In this document: piece after piece, positions 10,257 through 19,679 of the stretch
How positions within the stretch are numbered: position 1 is the stretch's first letter
Layout of the letters: each line of letters opens with the position of its first letter
Source: Candidatus Obscuribacteraceae bacterium
GTDB taxonomy: Bacteria > Cyanobacteriota > Vampirovibrionia > Obscuribacterales > Obscuribacteraceae
Reading direction: 5' to 3'
DNA: 64,000 nucleotides
NCBI GenBank assembly: GCA_044226015.1
Contig: JBGAHS010000003.1
Span: forward strand, 1-64,000
Program-made: the position numbers and the translations under genes
Notes under the pieces: generated by a model
Told to the model about the DNA's origin: nothing
What the model saw: the letters and a program-made list of their open reading frames with translations, nothing else
Database searches by the model: none

Positions 10257-11603
10257 TCATCTTTTAATCGATTGATGAATATAGGGTTGATCAGTTTCCA
10301 CGACTAGCGAACTGAATCGCGCGAGCCAATCGTTTGTGGGCATCGAAAAAATACCATTCTTCATCTTCAGAGCAACATCTTTGTAAAAAACCGAAGTACC
10401 CCAGGGATTCCACAGCGTAACCTGATCTTGCGCCGCATCGAAAGAGATCAGCGCCAGAGCATGGCCGCTCACCTTAGTGGTGCCGGGCTTCGGTGTTTTT
10501 ATACCGCAACACATTAAACGGTGTGCAGCAAGTGCCTGTTCAATTGCTGCGCGCACTTCGCCTCGATCCTTTTCGTCCTTGAAATGATATCGCTTCACCT
10601 TATGACCTGTAAGTAGACTTATAACAGTGCCACTTTTACCACCGGAAATCCGATCATACATATCTGTATCAGACTGCTCAGGAGCATTGGACATTCGCAC
10701 CCTACCAAAGGCTTTCTCAAATACATTCAACCAGATTCCATCTCCGCCAGACTCACCAAAGGTTGCGAATTCAGCTTCGGTGGGCGGCTCGACAATAATC
10801 GGATCATGTCCAGGAAAATCCACTTCGTACCTGCCGTCGCCTGACTCTTTAAGCAGCTGGCGAAGCTCATCTGGGCGATTGACAGCCATTGAACCAAGCG
10901 AGGAAATCAAATAGCAGTCACCTGTTTTGCCCTGCTTTAAGGACTCCAAGTGAGGTGCACCAGAAGCGAAAAGAATCTGCGAATGTCTTGAAAGTTTCTT
11001 TTTTGCATTCAGAAAAGCGCGTCCATAGCGGCGCACCAGTGAGGGATCAAGCAACTCTATTATACCCCCATCAATCTGACTAGCATCATCAGTGGTGCTA
11101 GCAGATTTGCTTGCTTTACGCTGTGCTCCATGAATAGCAGCCAGAGCGCACGCTGCATCACCGGTGTTACTAGGGTCAAAAATTGCCTTGTTTATTTCAG
11201 AAATGTCGAGTTTTCCATCTTGATTCAAGTCCCACTTCTGCATGTTCGCCTGAACTACGTGTTTAAACAAATCACCGTTTTGTGCGTACAAAAGTTGGCT
11301 TGAGGACTTAGACTTTGGGGCTAAAGCCGAATCAGCTGCGGAAGCCCCCGGAGGCAATGAATTTACTAGACCAGAGCCATTGCTGTTAGAGGAGGCATCA
11401 GTTCCAGCAGCAGAACTGTTCGTTAACGAGGAAGTGGCTGTTCCTGCACCCGCCCTATTCGCTTGAGGGGATCCTTCTCTAGCATTTGGATTGTGAAGCT
11501 GTTCAGCCTGAAGCGAAACCGCGGAATAACAAAACAGAAGCGCCACCATTGAAAGTAGCGCTTCTGCTGATTTGAGTGTTTTGCTGCGTTTGATTGCCGT
11601 CAC
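10257..11603 (-). CDS. Secreted calpain-like (C2 family) cysteine peptidase with EF-hand
   Basis: Signal-peptide-like N-terminus; DLNQDGKLDISE EF-hand; QGKTGDCY (Cys), GHALA (His), WNPWG (Asn); EKAF motif. Confidence 0.82.
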   Translation of the reverse strand: MTAIKRSKTLKSAEALLSMVALLFCYSAVSLQAEQLHNPNAREGSPQANRAGAGTATSSLTNSSAAGTDASSNSNGSGLVNSLPPGASAADSALAPKSKSSSQLLYAQNGDLFKHVVQANMQKWDLNQDGKLDISEINKAIFDPSNTGDAACALAAIHGAQRKASKSASTTDDASQIDGGIIELLDPSLVRRYGRAFLNAKKKLSRHSQILFASGAPHLESLKQGKTGDCYLISSLGSMAVNRPDELRQLLKESGDGRYEVDFPGHDPIIVEPPTEAEFATFGESGGDGIWLNVFEKAFGRVRMSNAPEQSDTDMYDRISGGKSGTVISLLTGHKVKRYHFKDEKDRGEVRAAIEQALAAHRLMCCGIKTPKPGTTKVSGHALALISFDAAQDQVTLWNPWGTSVFYKDVALKMKNGIFSMPTNDWLARFSSLVVETDQPYIHQSIKR

Positions 11604-11609
11604 TAATGT

Positions 11610-12773
11610 TTAACGCGCAAGAGCTGCGCTTTCAATCTTGGAGAGTGCGTTATTGAGATCTTCGATTAGATCTTCAACGTCTTCTATTCCACAAGAAAGG
11701 CGAATCAAACCGTCAACGATGCCTCTTTCCTCACGAATCTCGCGAGGAATGGACGCATGGGTCATAGTGGCAGGGTGCCCGATCAGTGACTCAACTCCGC
11801 CCAATGATTCAGCCAGCGCGAACAATTTGGTATTGTTCAAAACAGTTCTGGCATTTTCGAGCCCACCGCGCACCACGCACGATACCATGCCACCAAAGCC
11901 GTCCATCTGCTTTTTGGCTAGATCATGCTGAGGGTGTGATGCCAGCCCCGGATAAATCACTTTCTCGATGGCAGGATGCTTTTCTAGATGACGAGCAATA
12001 ACATCAGCATTCTTGCAATGTTCTCTCATGCGCAATGATAGAGTTTTCAACCCACGCATAACCAACCAGCTGTCGAATGGTCCAGGAACAGCACCGACGG
12101 CATTCTGATGGAACTTCAAGGTCTCATAGACATCATCGCGATTGGTTACAATACAACCACCAACAACGTCACTGTGCCCACCAAGATACTTAGTTGTGCT
12201 GTGCAAGACAACGTCAGCACCCAGGTCGAGGGGACGCTGCAGGTAGGAACTTGCGAATGTGTTATCAACCACGGAAAGAATATTCTTCTTGCGAGCAATT
12301 TCGGAGAGTGCTTTGATATCAGCCAATCTAAGCAAGGGATTTGTTGGTGTTTCAATCCACAGCAACTTGGTCTCAGGTCTGATGGCCTTCTCAAAATTTG
12401 CAGGGTCTCTGGCATCTACGAAAGTAAACTCAACACCATAGCGAGTGTATACCTTGTCGAAGATGCGGAAGGTTCCGCCGTAGACATCGTCACCAACCAC
12501 CACATGATCTCCTTTAGAAAGAAGATTCATCACAGTGTTTGTTGCAGCAAGTCCTGAACCGAACGCTAACCCGTACTTGCCATTTTCGATAGAGGCAAGA
12601 CAAGCTTCCAGCGCGCTACGCGTAGGGTTCTGGGTGCGGGCATATTCGAAGCCCTTGTGCTTGCCTAACTCATCTTGCACATAAGTCGAGGTTTGATAAA
12701 TCGGCGTCGTAACCGCACCGCTCAGCGGCTCAGGCTCTTGTCCAGCGTGAATAGCTTTAGTTGAGAACTTCAT
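11610..12773 (-). CDS. Cystathionine gamma-lyase/gamma-synthase (Cys/Met metabolism PLP enzyme)
   Basis: YARTQNPT, ETPTNP, DNTF, HSTTKYLGGHSD (PLP Lys), AESLGGVESL. Confidence 0.93.
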   Translation of the reverse strand: MKFSTKAIHAGQEPEPLSGAVTTPIYQTSTYVQDELGKHKGFEYARTQNPTRSALEACLASIENGKYGLAFGSGLAATNTVMNLLSKGDHVVVGDDVYGGTFRIFDKVYTRYGVEFTFVDARDPANFEKAIRPETKLLWIETPTNPLLRLADIKALSEIARKKNILSVVDNTFASSYLQRPLDLGADVVLHSTTKYLGGHSDVVGGCIVTNRDDVYETLKFHQNAVGAVPGPFDSWLVMRGLKTLSLRMREHCKNADVIARHLEKHPAIEKVIYPGLASHPQHDLAKKQMDGFGGMVSCVVRGGLENARTVLNNTKLFALAESLGGVESLIGHPATMTHASIPREIREERGIVDGLIRLSCGIEDVEDLIEDLNNALSKIESAALAR

Positions 12774-14185
12774 CTACCTGCTCCTATCGCTTTGTTTGAC
12801 TCTGTGCCACTGCTCTCGCGTGCCATTGTGTCGCGCAAATGAGCCATCATATCGAACTTCGTCAATACACCGACTGCGCGATTTTCCTCTGTTACTACGA
12901 CCATTGCAGTGCCTAATCTGAAGGCTTTGTATACCGACTCGATTTCCGAATTCTTATCGAACTGCGGGAACGGCTTGCCCATTACAGAATTTACGGTAAT
13001 CGCTGATGGGTCTTTGCGCTCGTAAACAACTTGCATGGTGATAATATCGTTCATCGACCCGACATTTTGTCCACTTTCAGTGATGACGGGAAGCTGGTCA
13101 ATCTGATATTCCTGCATCAAATCAATTGCCCGTTGAACCGGCTCACTGTCTAGAACCGTAATCATAGCTGGAATTGCTGAGCGCTTGCTCTTTCGCGAAG
13201 CAAGGTCGGAGACGAGGAAGCTGTGCTCAGGTGAAGGCAGGAAGCCATTAGCGCGCATCCAATCATCAGAGAACATCTTGCTGAGATAGCCACGTCCACC
13301 ATCTGGAAGCAGCACAACTATCACATCTTTCTCGCTCATGTTCTGCGCAATCTGGCAAGCTGCGGTAACAGCCGTTCCAGAAGATCCGCCAACAAGAATG
13401 CCTTCTTCTCTGGCGAGACGACGTCCCATCGCAAACGAATCTTTGTCACCGACACGGATGATATCGTCGATAAGTTTCATGTCAACGTTGCGTGGAATGA
13501 AATCTTCACCGATGCCTTCCACTTTGTAGGAACCTGGCATATCACCTGAATAGATTGAGCCCTCAGGGTCTACCGCAACGATTTTGATATCTGGATTTTT
13601 TTGCTTGAGAAAACGCGCAATACCGCAAAGAGTTCCACCAGTGCCCATGCTGGCTACCAGGCAAGTGATTTTGCCGTCGGTTGCTTCCCAGATTTCTGGG
13701 CCGGTCGTAACTGTGTGTGCTTGTGGGTTATTCGGGTTTGCGAATTGATTTGGCTGAAAGGCGCCTGGAATGTCAGAAGTAAGCTTGTTGGCTACCGAGT
13801 AATAGCTTTCGTGATGTCCTGCACCAACATTGGTTGGAACCATTACGACTTCAGCACCGTAAGCCTTTAATAGATTGATCTTTTCCGGAGCAACCTTGTC
13901 TGGGCAAACCAGAATACAACGATAGCCCTTGACTGCAGCTAGCTGCGCCAGCCCTGTACCAGTATTTCCAGAGGTGGGCTCAACAATAGTTCCACCTGGT
14001 TTCAGCAAACCAGCTTTCTCAGCTTCGTCGATCATCCGAAAAGCTGGGCGGTCTTTAACCGAACCACCTGGATTGAAAGCTTCAACTTTTGCCAGGATAA
14101 GTGGCTTGAGTCCAGCAGTGACTTTATTCAGTTTGACCAGCGGAGTATGTCCGATGGTTTCAAGGATGTTGTTGCAGTATTTCAC
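12770..14185 (-). CDS. cbs: Cystathionine beta-synthase with C-terminal CBS domains
   Basis: NPGGSVKDR, PTSGNTG, GTGGT, EGIG motifs plus C-terminal CBS pair; overlaps the gamma-lyase gene. Confidence 0.88.
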   Translation of the reverse strand: MKYCNNILETIGHTPLVKLNKVTAGLKPLILAKVEAFNPGGSVKDRPAFRMIDEAEKAGLLKPGGTIVEPTSGNTGTGLAQLAAVKGYRCILVCPDKVAPEKINLLKAYGAEVVMVPTNVGAGHHESYYSVANKLTSDIPGAFQPNQFANPNNPQAHTVTTGPEIWEATDGKITCLVASMGTGGTLCGIARFLKQKNPDIKIVAVDPEGSIYSGDMPGSYKVEGIGEDFIPRNVDMKLIDDIIRVGDKDSFAMGRRLAREEGILVGGSSGTAVTAACQIAQNMSEKDVIVVLLPDGGRGYLSKMFSDDWMRANGFLPSPEHSFLVSDLASRKSKRSAIPAMITVLDSEPVQRAIDLMQEYQIDQLPVITESGQNVGSMNDIITMQVVYERKDPSAITVNSVMGKPFPQFDKNSEIESVYKAFRLGTAMVVVTEENRAVGVLTKFDMMAHLRDTMARESSGTESNKAIGAGR

Positions 14186-14483
14186 CGCAAGACCTCCGGT
14201 TATAGGGTAGCGATACAGAACTCAATATTATACGTGCCGGTAGCTGCCGTGTGACGCCTGAGTTCCCAGGCTGAATAGCTTCTAAGCTGGCTCTAGATGC
14301 CAATTCCGCACGCTTTATGCTGTAAGAGCAGCCTGGGTAGCGGCTCGAAAATCGTCATTAAGTTATAATCTTAAGCCCTTCCGACTTACGTCGTGACATG
14401 CGAGGATTAGCAGTTCGTAACTGCTATTCAGCAACAGACGGCTCCGGTGTCAAGGAGCATGCACTCACCGACAGGACCAAACC

Positions 14484-16043
14484 ATGAGCGAAGACAAAAC
14501 AACGTACCGTCCCGATGATTTGAAAGAGTGGCAAGCAGACAAGAAACTTGGCTTGCCAGGCAAATTCCCCTACACACGTGGCATTCATTCGGAAATGTAT
14601 CGCAGCCGCAACTGGACCATGAGACAGTATGCAGGTTTTGGAAGTGCAGAGGAAACGAATGAGCGCTTCCGCTATCTACTAGATCACGGGCAAACGGGCT
14701 TATCGACAGCATTTGACCTTCCTACGCAGATGGGATTAGACAGCGATGACCCGATGTCGCTGGGCGAAGTCGGCAGAACCGGCGTGGCGATTGACACACT
14801 CGCTGACATGGAAAGACTTTTCGATAAGATTGATCTCTCTAAAGTTTCAACTTCGATGACCATAAATTCCACCTCAAGCATTTTGCTTGCTATGTATCGC
14901 GCAGTCGGAATGAAGCAGGGCGTCGACCCGAGCAAGCTGCGCGGAACCATTCAAAATGACATTCTCAAGGAATACGAAGCACGCAATACATACATCTTCC
15001 CACCAGCCAGCTCGATGCGGCTCATCAACAATATTTTTGAATTCTGCTCGAAGGAAATGCCGCTCTGGAACACGATTTCAATCAGCGGCTACCACATAAG
15101 AGAAGCAGGAGCAACAGCGGTTCAAGAATTAGCATTCACCTTTGCAAATGCATGCGAATACGTTAAAGCTGCTAAAGCCAGCGGTCTTGAAGTCGATGCC
15201 ATCGCTCCGCAGCTCTCATTCTTCTTTGTGGCACAGATGAACTTCTTCGAAGAAATTGCGAAGTTCAGAGCTGCACGCCGCATTTGGGCGCACTTGATGA
15301 AAGATAAGTTCGGCGCGACAAATCCGAAGTCATGGATGCTTCGCTACCACGTACAGACTGCAGGTTCAAGCCTCACGCAGCAGCAACCCGAAAACAATGT
15401 AGTTCGCACAGCAATCGAGGCACTATCTGCGGTGCTCGGTGGCTGCCAATCTTTGCATACGAATTCCAAGGATGAAGCGCTGTCACTGCCAACTCCAGCA
15501 TCAGCTCTTCTTGCTCTGAGAACGCAGCAAATCATCGCCTTTGAGACTGGTGTCACTAATGTTGTAGACCCGTGCGGAGGCTCCTACTACATCGAGAACC
15601 TCACCGATTCAATAGAAAAAGAAGTGCATGTCTATCTGGACAAAATTGAAAAGATGGGAGGCGCAACTGCTGCGATCGAATCGGGATACATTCAGAAAGA
15701 AATTCAGGAATCCGCTTACAGATACCACAAAGACGTAGAGTCAAAAGACCATATCGTTGTAGGCGTCAATGATTTCATCGACACCGCCAAGGAAGACATT
15801 CCAATTCAGCGAGTCGACCCAAGAATTGAAAAGGAACAGAAAGAACGACTCGCAGCTATTAAGAGCACAAGAGACAACGAGAAGTGCAGCGCCGCACTCC
15901 AGAAGCTTGAGAATGCAGAGCACGGCACCGAAAATCTGATGCCTTACATCATCGATGCAGTCAACGCTTACGCCACTGTTGGAGAAATTTCTGCAACTCT
16001 AAAGAAGTGCTTCGGCAAGTTCCGTCCACCAATTACGCTCTAA
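14484..16043 (+). CDS. Methylmalonyl-CoA mutase, substrate-binding (large) subunit
   Basis: [16 protein letters not shown] (Tyr), [12 protein letters not shown] (Arg), SGYHIREAG; no C-terminal B12-binding DxHxxG domain. Confidence 0.9.
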   Translation: MSEDKTTYRPDDLKEWQADKKLGLPGKFPYTRGIHSEMYRSRNWTMRQYAGFGSAEETNERFRYLLDHGQTGLSTAFDLPTQMGLDSDDPMSLGEVGRTGVAIDTLADMERLFDKIDLSKVSTSMTINSTSSILLAMYRAVGMKQGVDPSKLRGTIQNDILKEYEARNTYIFPPASSMRLINNIFEFCSKEMPLWNTISISGYHIREAGATAVQELAFTFANACEYVKAAKASGLEVDAIAPQLSFFFVAQMNFFEEIAKFRAARRIWAHLMKDKFGATNPKSWMLRYHVQTAGSSLTQQQPENNVVRTAIEALSAVLGGCQSLHTNSKDEALSLPTPASALLALRTQQIIAFETGVTNVVDPCGGSYYIENLTDSIEKEVHVYLDKIEKMGGATAAIESGYIQKEIQESAYRYHKDVESKDHIVVGVNDFIDTAKEDIPIQRVDPRIEKEQKERLAAIKSTRDNEKCSAALQKLENAEHGTENLMPYIIDAVNAYATVGEISATLKKCFGKFRPPITL

Positions 16044-16068
16044 GCTCTAGCTCGCCATCTTCTTCAAG

Positions 16069-16401
16069 CTACTTCTGCTCGATCTTCAACTCAGGCAGCG
16101 CAGCTTCAGCTGTGCCTTTTGTTCCAAAAACAAGGTCTGACATACTGTGAAGAAAGACCTTATCAGTGAGCTTGCATGATGCGTAATCCAGCGCAAAGCT
16201 TGCCGCATTCACGCCCTCACCCACGAAGAGCCCGGCGACAGCGCCGGGTCCACCTCCGGCTCCAAACCCCAGTGCCTCTCCAAAGAAGAACCCTGCAGTA
16301 GCCCAGCTCGCGCCCTGACCAATCGCGCCTGCCACAAAATGCTTCGCAGACGTGCTTTCTTCACACGATCTCCACTCACTCATATATATAGTCTCCGCCA
16401 A
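16069..16401 (-). CDS. Small glycine-zipper hydrophobic protein
   Basis: GxxxG-rich core GAIGQG...GEALGFGAGGGPGAVAG; ends LPELKIEQK. Confidence 0.55.
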   Translation of the reverse strand: MAETIYMSEWRSCEESTSAKHFVAGAIGQGASWATAGFFFGEALGFGAGGGPGAVAGLFVGEGVNAASFALDYASCKLTDKVFLHSMSDLVFGTKGTAEAALPELKIEQK

Positions 16402-16534
16402 GTTAACTCAAAGCTAGCAGCTTCAACGTGCAGAGGTCGTGCAGAAGTGCATAAACTGACCTTTATCCCAATCGGGCGAGTCAATTTCCCCAAAAGCGAT
16501 GATTTCGCTTTGTCACTATTTCACTCCGGCGCAC

Positions 16535-16578
16535 TTGCGTTTATATCAATGTCGATATATTATATCAACACGGATATA
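16535..16578 (+). promoter_or_regulatory. Sigma70-like promoter overlapped by two TATATC-N6-GATATA inverted repeats (putative operators)
   Basis: TTGCGT (16535-40), 17 bp spacer, TATTAT (16558-63); boxes at 16542-16559 and 16561-16578; RBS GGAGG follows. Confidence 0.7.
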
Positions 16579-16591
16579 AGGGAGGGATACT

Positions 16592-17431
16592 ATGACCACC
16601 CAGCGCAAAGAAAGCAGCGAAAAATGGGTCTATCATCTCAGCCAGGCAAAATCGCACTGCTACAACCTTCGCCAGATCACAATGGTCAAAGTTGCAAAAG
16701 CAATAGAAGAGAGAAATTGGACCCAAACAAAGGCGGCAGATTTCCTCGGTGTAAATCAACCAAGAATTTCGGATTTGATCCGCGGCAAAGTTGAGAAGTT
16801 CACCCTCGATGCCCTCGTTGAAATGTTGTTTGCCCTCGATAAGCCAGTAAGAATTTCAACTGAACAAGAGAGAGAATGGGGACTTTCCAATGCGCACCCT
16901 GCCACCAAATCCGAACTCGAAGACTCCATCGTGTTCTTTACTAATGCAATTCGGCTGGACCCTACGGACATATTGTCCCTCTCACGACGAGCAGACGCTT
17001 ATGAGCAGCTGGGCAAATATGATCTTGCAATCGGAGACTATACGCGATGCGTCGAACTGGCGCCAGATCAATTTTCATGGCGCCATGCGCGCGCAACAGC
17101 TTTCAAGGCCGCTGGCGAATACAAAGCCGCATTGCAAGACTTCAACGAGCTGGAAGAGAGATTCCCCGACATGAACATCTACCAGAATCGAGGACTGCTC
17201 TACATGACGATGGGCGATTACCAAAATGCACTCAAAGACTGCAGCAAAGCAATAGCGCTTGAGCCCAAACGCCCTGGTCCACATTTCAATCGCGCACTTC
17301 TACATGAACGTATGGGAAATATCGAAGCTGCGTTAGTCGATTATCAGAACACGCTAGTTGCCGACCCCACCTACAAAACGGCGCAGCAGCGTATAGATGC
17401 TCTCAGTAAACCCCAAGCGGAAAGCAAATAA
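16592..17431 (+). CDS. XRE-family HTH (HTH_37-like) + TPR protein
   Basis: WTQTKAADFLGVNQPRISDLIRGKVEKFTLDAL HTH followed by several TPRs. Confidence 0.85.
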   Translation: MTTQRKESSEKWVYHLSQAKSHCYNLRQITMVKVAKAIEERNWTQTKAADFLGVNQPRISDLIRGKVEKFTLDALVEMLFALDKPVRISTEQEREWGLSNAHPATKSELEDSIVFFTNAIRLDPTDILSLSRRADAYEQLGKYDLAIGDYTRCVELAPDQFSWRHARATAFKAAGEYKAALQDFNELEERFPDMNIYQNRGLLYMTMGDYQNALKDCSKAIALEPKRPGPHFNRALLHERMGNIEAALVDYQNTLVADPTYKTAQQRIDALSKPQAESK

Positions 17432-18741
17432 TGAACGACCAAATTAAGATTGATGAGAAAGAGAAGGTCATTCTGCGTGAAGCAACTGAATCTGAGCCGC
17501 TGGCATGCGAACAAGCAGCCTTGCAAGCAAGCGATTCCAACAGAAACAGCACCTCGCAGCCCAATGGCATTGCGAATAATGAGCCCAACACCTCGCCTCC
17601 AGGCGCCACCGCCGGCGCCACTGCGACAAACACAAGCAGCAACAGCGAAGCTAAACTTGACTCGACAAAAAAAGAGAATAAGGCGGCAACACAGAGCAAC
17701 GAAAGCCTGGTGGCCCTGGCGATGCATCCAGACACGCCAGAGAAAGAGTGGTTGGACGCGTGCCACGAACTCAACAGCCGGAACATCTCTCTTCCCTGTA
17801 AACCACCAAAGCGAGTCAACAAAGCCAGACGAATTCAGCTTGCTGGACTTGCCCTGCTACTTTGCACCGTGGTCGGTGCAGCGATTGGCTCCTACTGGCA
17901 AAAACAGAGCACTCCTGCAAGCACAGCACTCACCGAGCCACCATACAACCAGACCGCAGCCACAGTTCAAACCATCACAATAAAAAACAAGATCTCAATA
18001 AAGTTGGCAAACAGCATCCACGAGAAAGGCATGTCCAATACAGAGACTGCAAAATATCTGGGCGTTCCAGAAGAAACTGTCAAAGAGATTCTTCGCGGAA
18101 AAGCATCTGGACTTCCCTTACAGAAGAAGATCGAACTCCTTTATGCACTCGACGTTCCAGTCTCAGTAAGCTTCAACAAAGACAAGAATTGGCAGCGATC
18201 TGGCATGGGAGATGTCCAAAAGGAAGATTGCGAAGAAGCACTAAAATTCTACACACGCCTCATCGCCCAGACGCCAGACGACAGTTCGGCATATTTCCAG
18301 CGAGCACAGACACACTCAGACTTGAGACAGTACGAGCAAGCTGTTAAGGACTATACAAAAGCGCTGGAACTAAAACCAGATCTGAATTCTGCTTTGAACA
18401 ATCGAGAGGGAATTTACATGACGACTGGCAGATTTGACAAAGCCCTGCAAGACAATGACGAACTGCTTAGACGAGAGCCCGGTGACTGGGGAAATTATTC
18501 GATGCGTGGCATTATTCTTCAGCAATTAGGAAAGTTGGACGAAGCCCTGGTTGCGCTAAACAAAGCAGTAGAAATGGCACCACAACGACCGGGTCCCTTA
18601 TGGAACAGAGCCTCAGTTCTTGAAGATATGCACAAATACAAAGAAGCAGTTGCGGACTTATCAACGATTCTGGAGAAAGATCCAACATACTCAGCAGCGA
18701 GAGACAAGCTCGGCAGCCTGACAAAAAAGATCTCTCGCTAG
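17431..18741 (+). CDS. Membrane-anchored XRE-HTH-like + TPR protein, paralogue of upstream gene
   Basis: Low-complexity N-terminus, TM LAGLALLLCTVVGAAIG, HTH-like MSNTETAKYLGVPEETVKEILRGK, TPRs; shared P.RPGP..NRA and DPTY motifs; TAATG coupling. Confidence 0.8.
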   Translation: MNDQIKIDEKEKVILREATESEPLACEQAALQASDSNRNSTSQPNGIANNEPNTSPPGATAGATATNTSSNSEAKLDSTKKENKAATQSNESLVALAMHPDTPEKEWLDACHELNSRNISLPCKPPKRVNKARRIQLAGLALLLCTVVGAAIGSYWQKQSTPASTALTEPPYNQTAATVQTITIKNKISIKLANSIHEKGMSNTETAKYLGVPEETVKEILRGKASGLPLQKKIELLYALDVPVSVSFNKDKNWQRSGMGDVQKEDCEEALKFYTRLIAQTPDDSSAYFQRAQTHSDLRQYEQAVKDYTKALELKPDLNSALNNREGIYMTTGRFDKALQDNDELLRREPGDWGNYSMRGIILQQLGKLDEALVALNKAVEMAPQRPGPLWNRASVLEDMHKYKEAVADLSTILEKDPTYSAARDKLGSLTKKISR

Positions 18742-18910
18742 TTTCCTTGGAAACGTAGAACGTCTGGAGCCACTCTGGGAGGACTTTGTGAGGAATCGGC
18801 AATCCAGCTTGTATCAACCAGTTTAGCAGAGGTCAGCAGGCTGCGTGATTAATGCTTTTCACCGATGCTGGTATCAGATAATGGCATTTTGTTTACTTGA
18901 TTGCTGGCTC

Positions 18911-19453
18911 TTAGAAGCTACTGATATTCTTTTCTAAGTCGAAAGGATCATCGATTTTGTCAATGTCTAATCCGTACTCAGGAATTGGACGAGCCATTCC
19001 GGCTTCTAATGCGGACCAGGTATAAGCGAATTCTTTGAGGTTTCGCGGGGAGTCCAATCTCATTGCAATTTGGACGAAAAGATCGCTTTCTTCATCTTCA
19101 GGGGAATGAATGTAGTTGAATTCGTAAACCTCCTTTTTACGTGATTTCAGTAGGATACGCTTTCCTAACAAGTGAACGAATTCAACACTTGCTGATGAAA
19201 AATCTCCGGCTTCAAATTCGGTATGATCTATCCCTATTTTGACTGACCTGTCCCGAATGTATATTGCTGCAAAGGTTTGCCGTCGTGTCTTTCCTTCAAT
19301 AATTCTGCTGCCCCAGCCAGACGCCTTTCTAAATCTTTCTTTGTCCGTCGATTCGAAGATTTCTTGGTTTATTCCAGTTTCTGTGTCAAGAGTAAAGGCT
19401 CTAAACCCACCTAGGAAAGGAGGATTGTAGTCTACCAGTTTTAAAATCGGCAT
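18911..19453 (-). CDS. Hypothetical protein (possible immunity-type protein)
   Basis: 180-aa ORF with GAGGT RBS; no family recognised. Confidence 0.55.
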   Translation of the reverse strand: MPILKLVDYNPPFLGGFRAFTLDTETGINQEIFESTDKERFRKASGWGSRIIEGKTRRQTFAAIYIRDRSVKIGIDHTEFEAGDFSSASVEFVHLLGKRILLKSRKKEVYEFNYIHSPEDEESDLFVQIAMRLDSPRNLKEFAYTWSALEAGMARPIPEYGLDIDKIDDPFDLEKNISSF

Positions 19454-19467
19454 TGGCTATAAAAACC

Positions 19468-19677
19468 TCAATTACATTTTCTCGTAGCTCCTGCATAAGC
19501 GCCACTTGCCGCTGCCTGCATGCCGGTGGCGTTCCAGAATTTGTTGGTTCGTTGTGCTGCTTCTACTATAGCTTGAGGGTTCAGTCCATGTCTGGAAACC
19601 AAACAGCCTGGTTCGCTACGATTCAGCACATCAAATGTGCTCACAATTACGTCTCCTGCACGAGTTATGAATTTCAC
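19468..19677 (-). other. Short ORF resembling an orphan polymorphic-toxin C-terminal fragment
   Basis: GTG at 19677, ends ...AAASGAYAGATRKCN*; resemblance is impressionistic. Confidence 0.3.
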
Positions 19678-19679
19678 GA

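Noticed and set aside
14190..14483. SAM or cobalamin riboswitch between cbs and the mutase
   Set aside because: Hairpins exist (CCCAGGCTG/CAGCCTGGG; TAGCAGTT/AACTGCTA) but I could not find S-box or B12-box consensus elements; an Rfam scan would settle it
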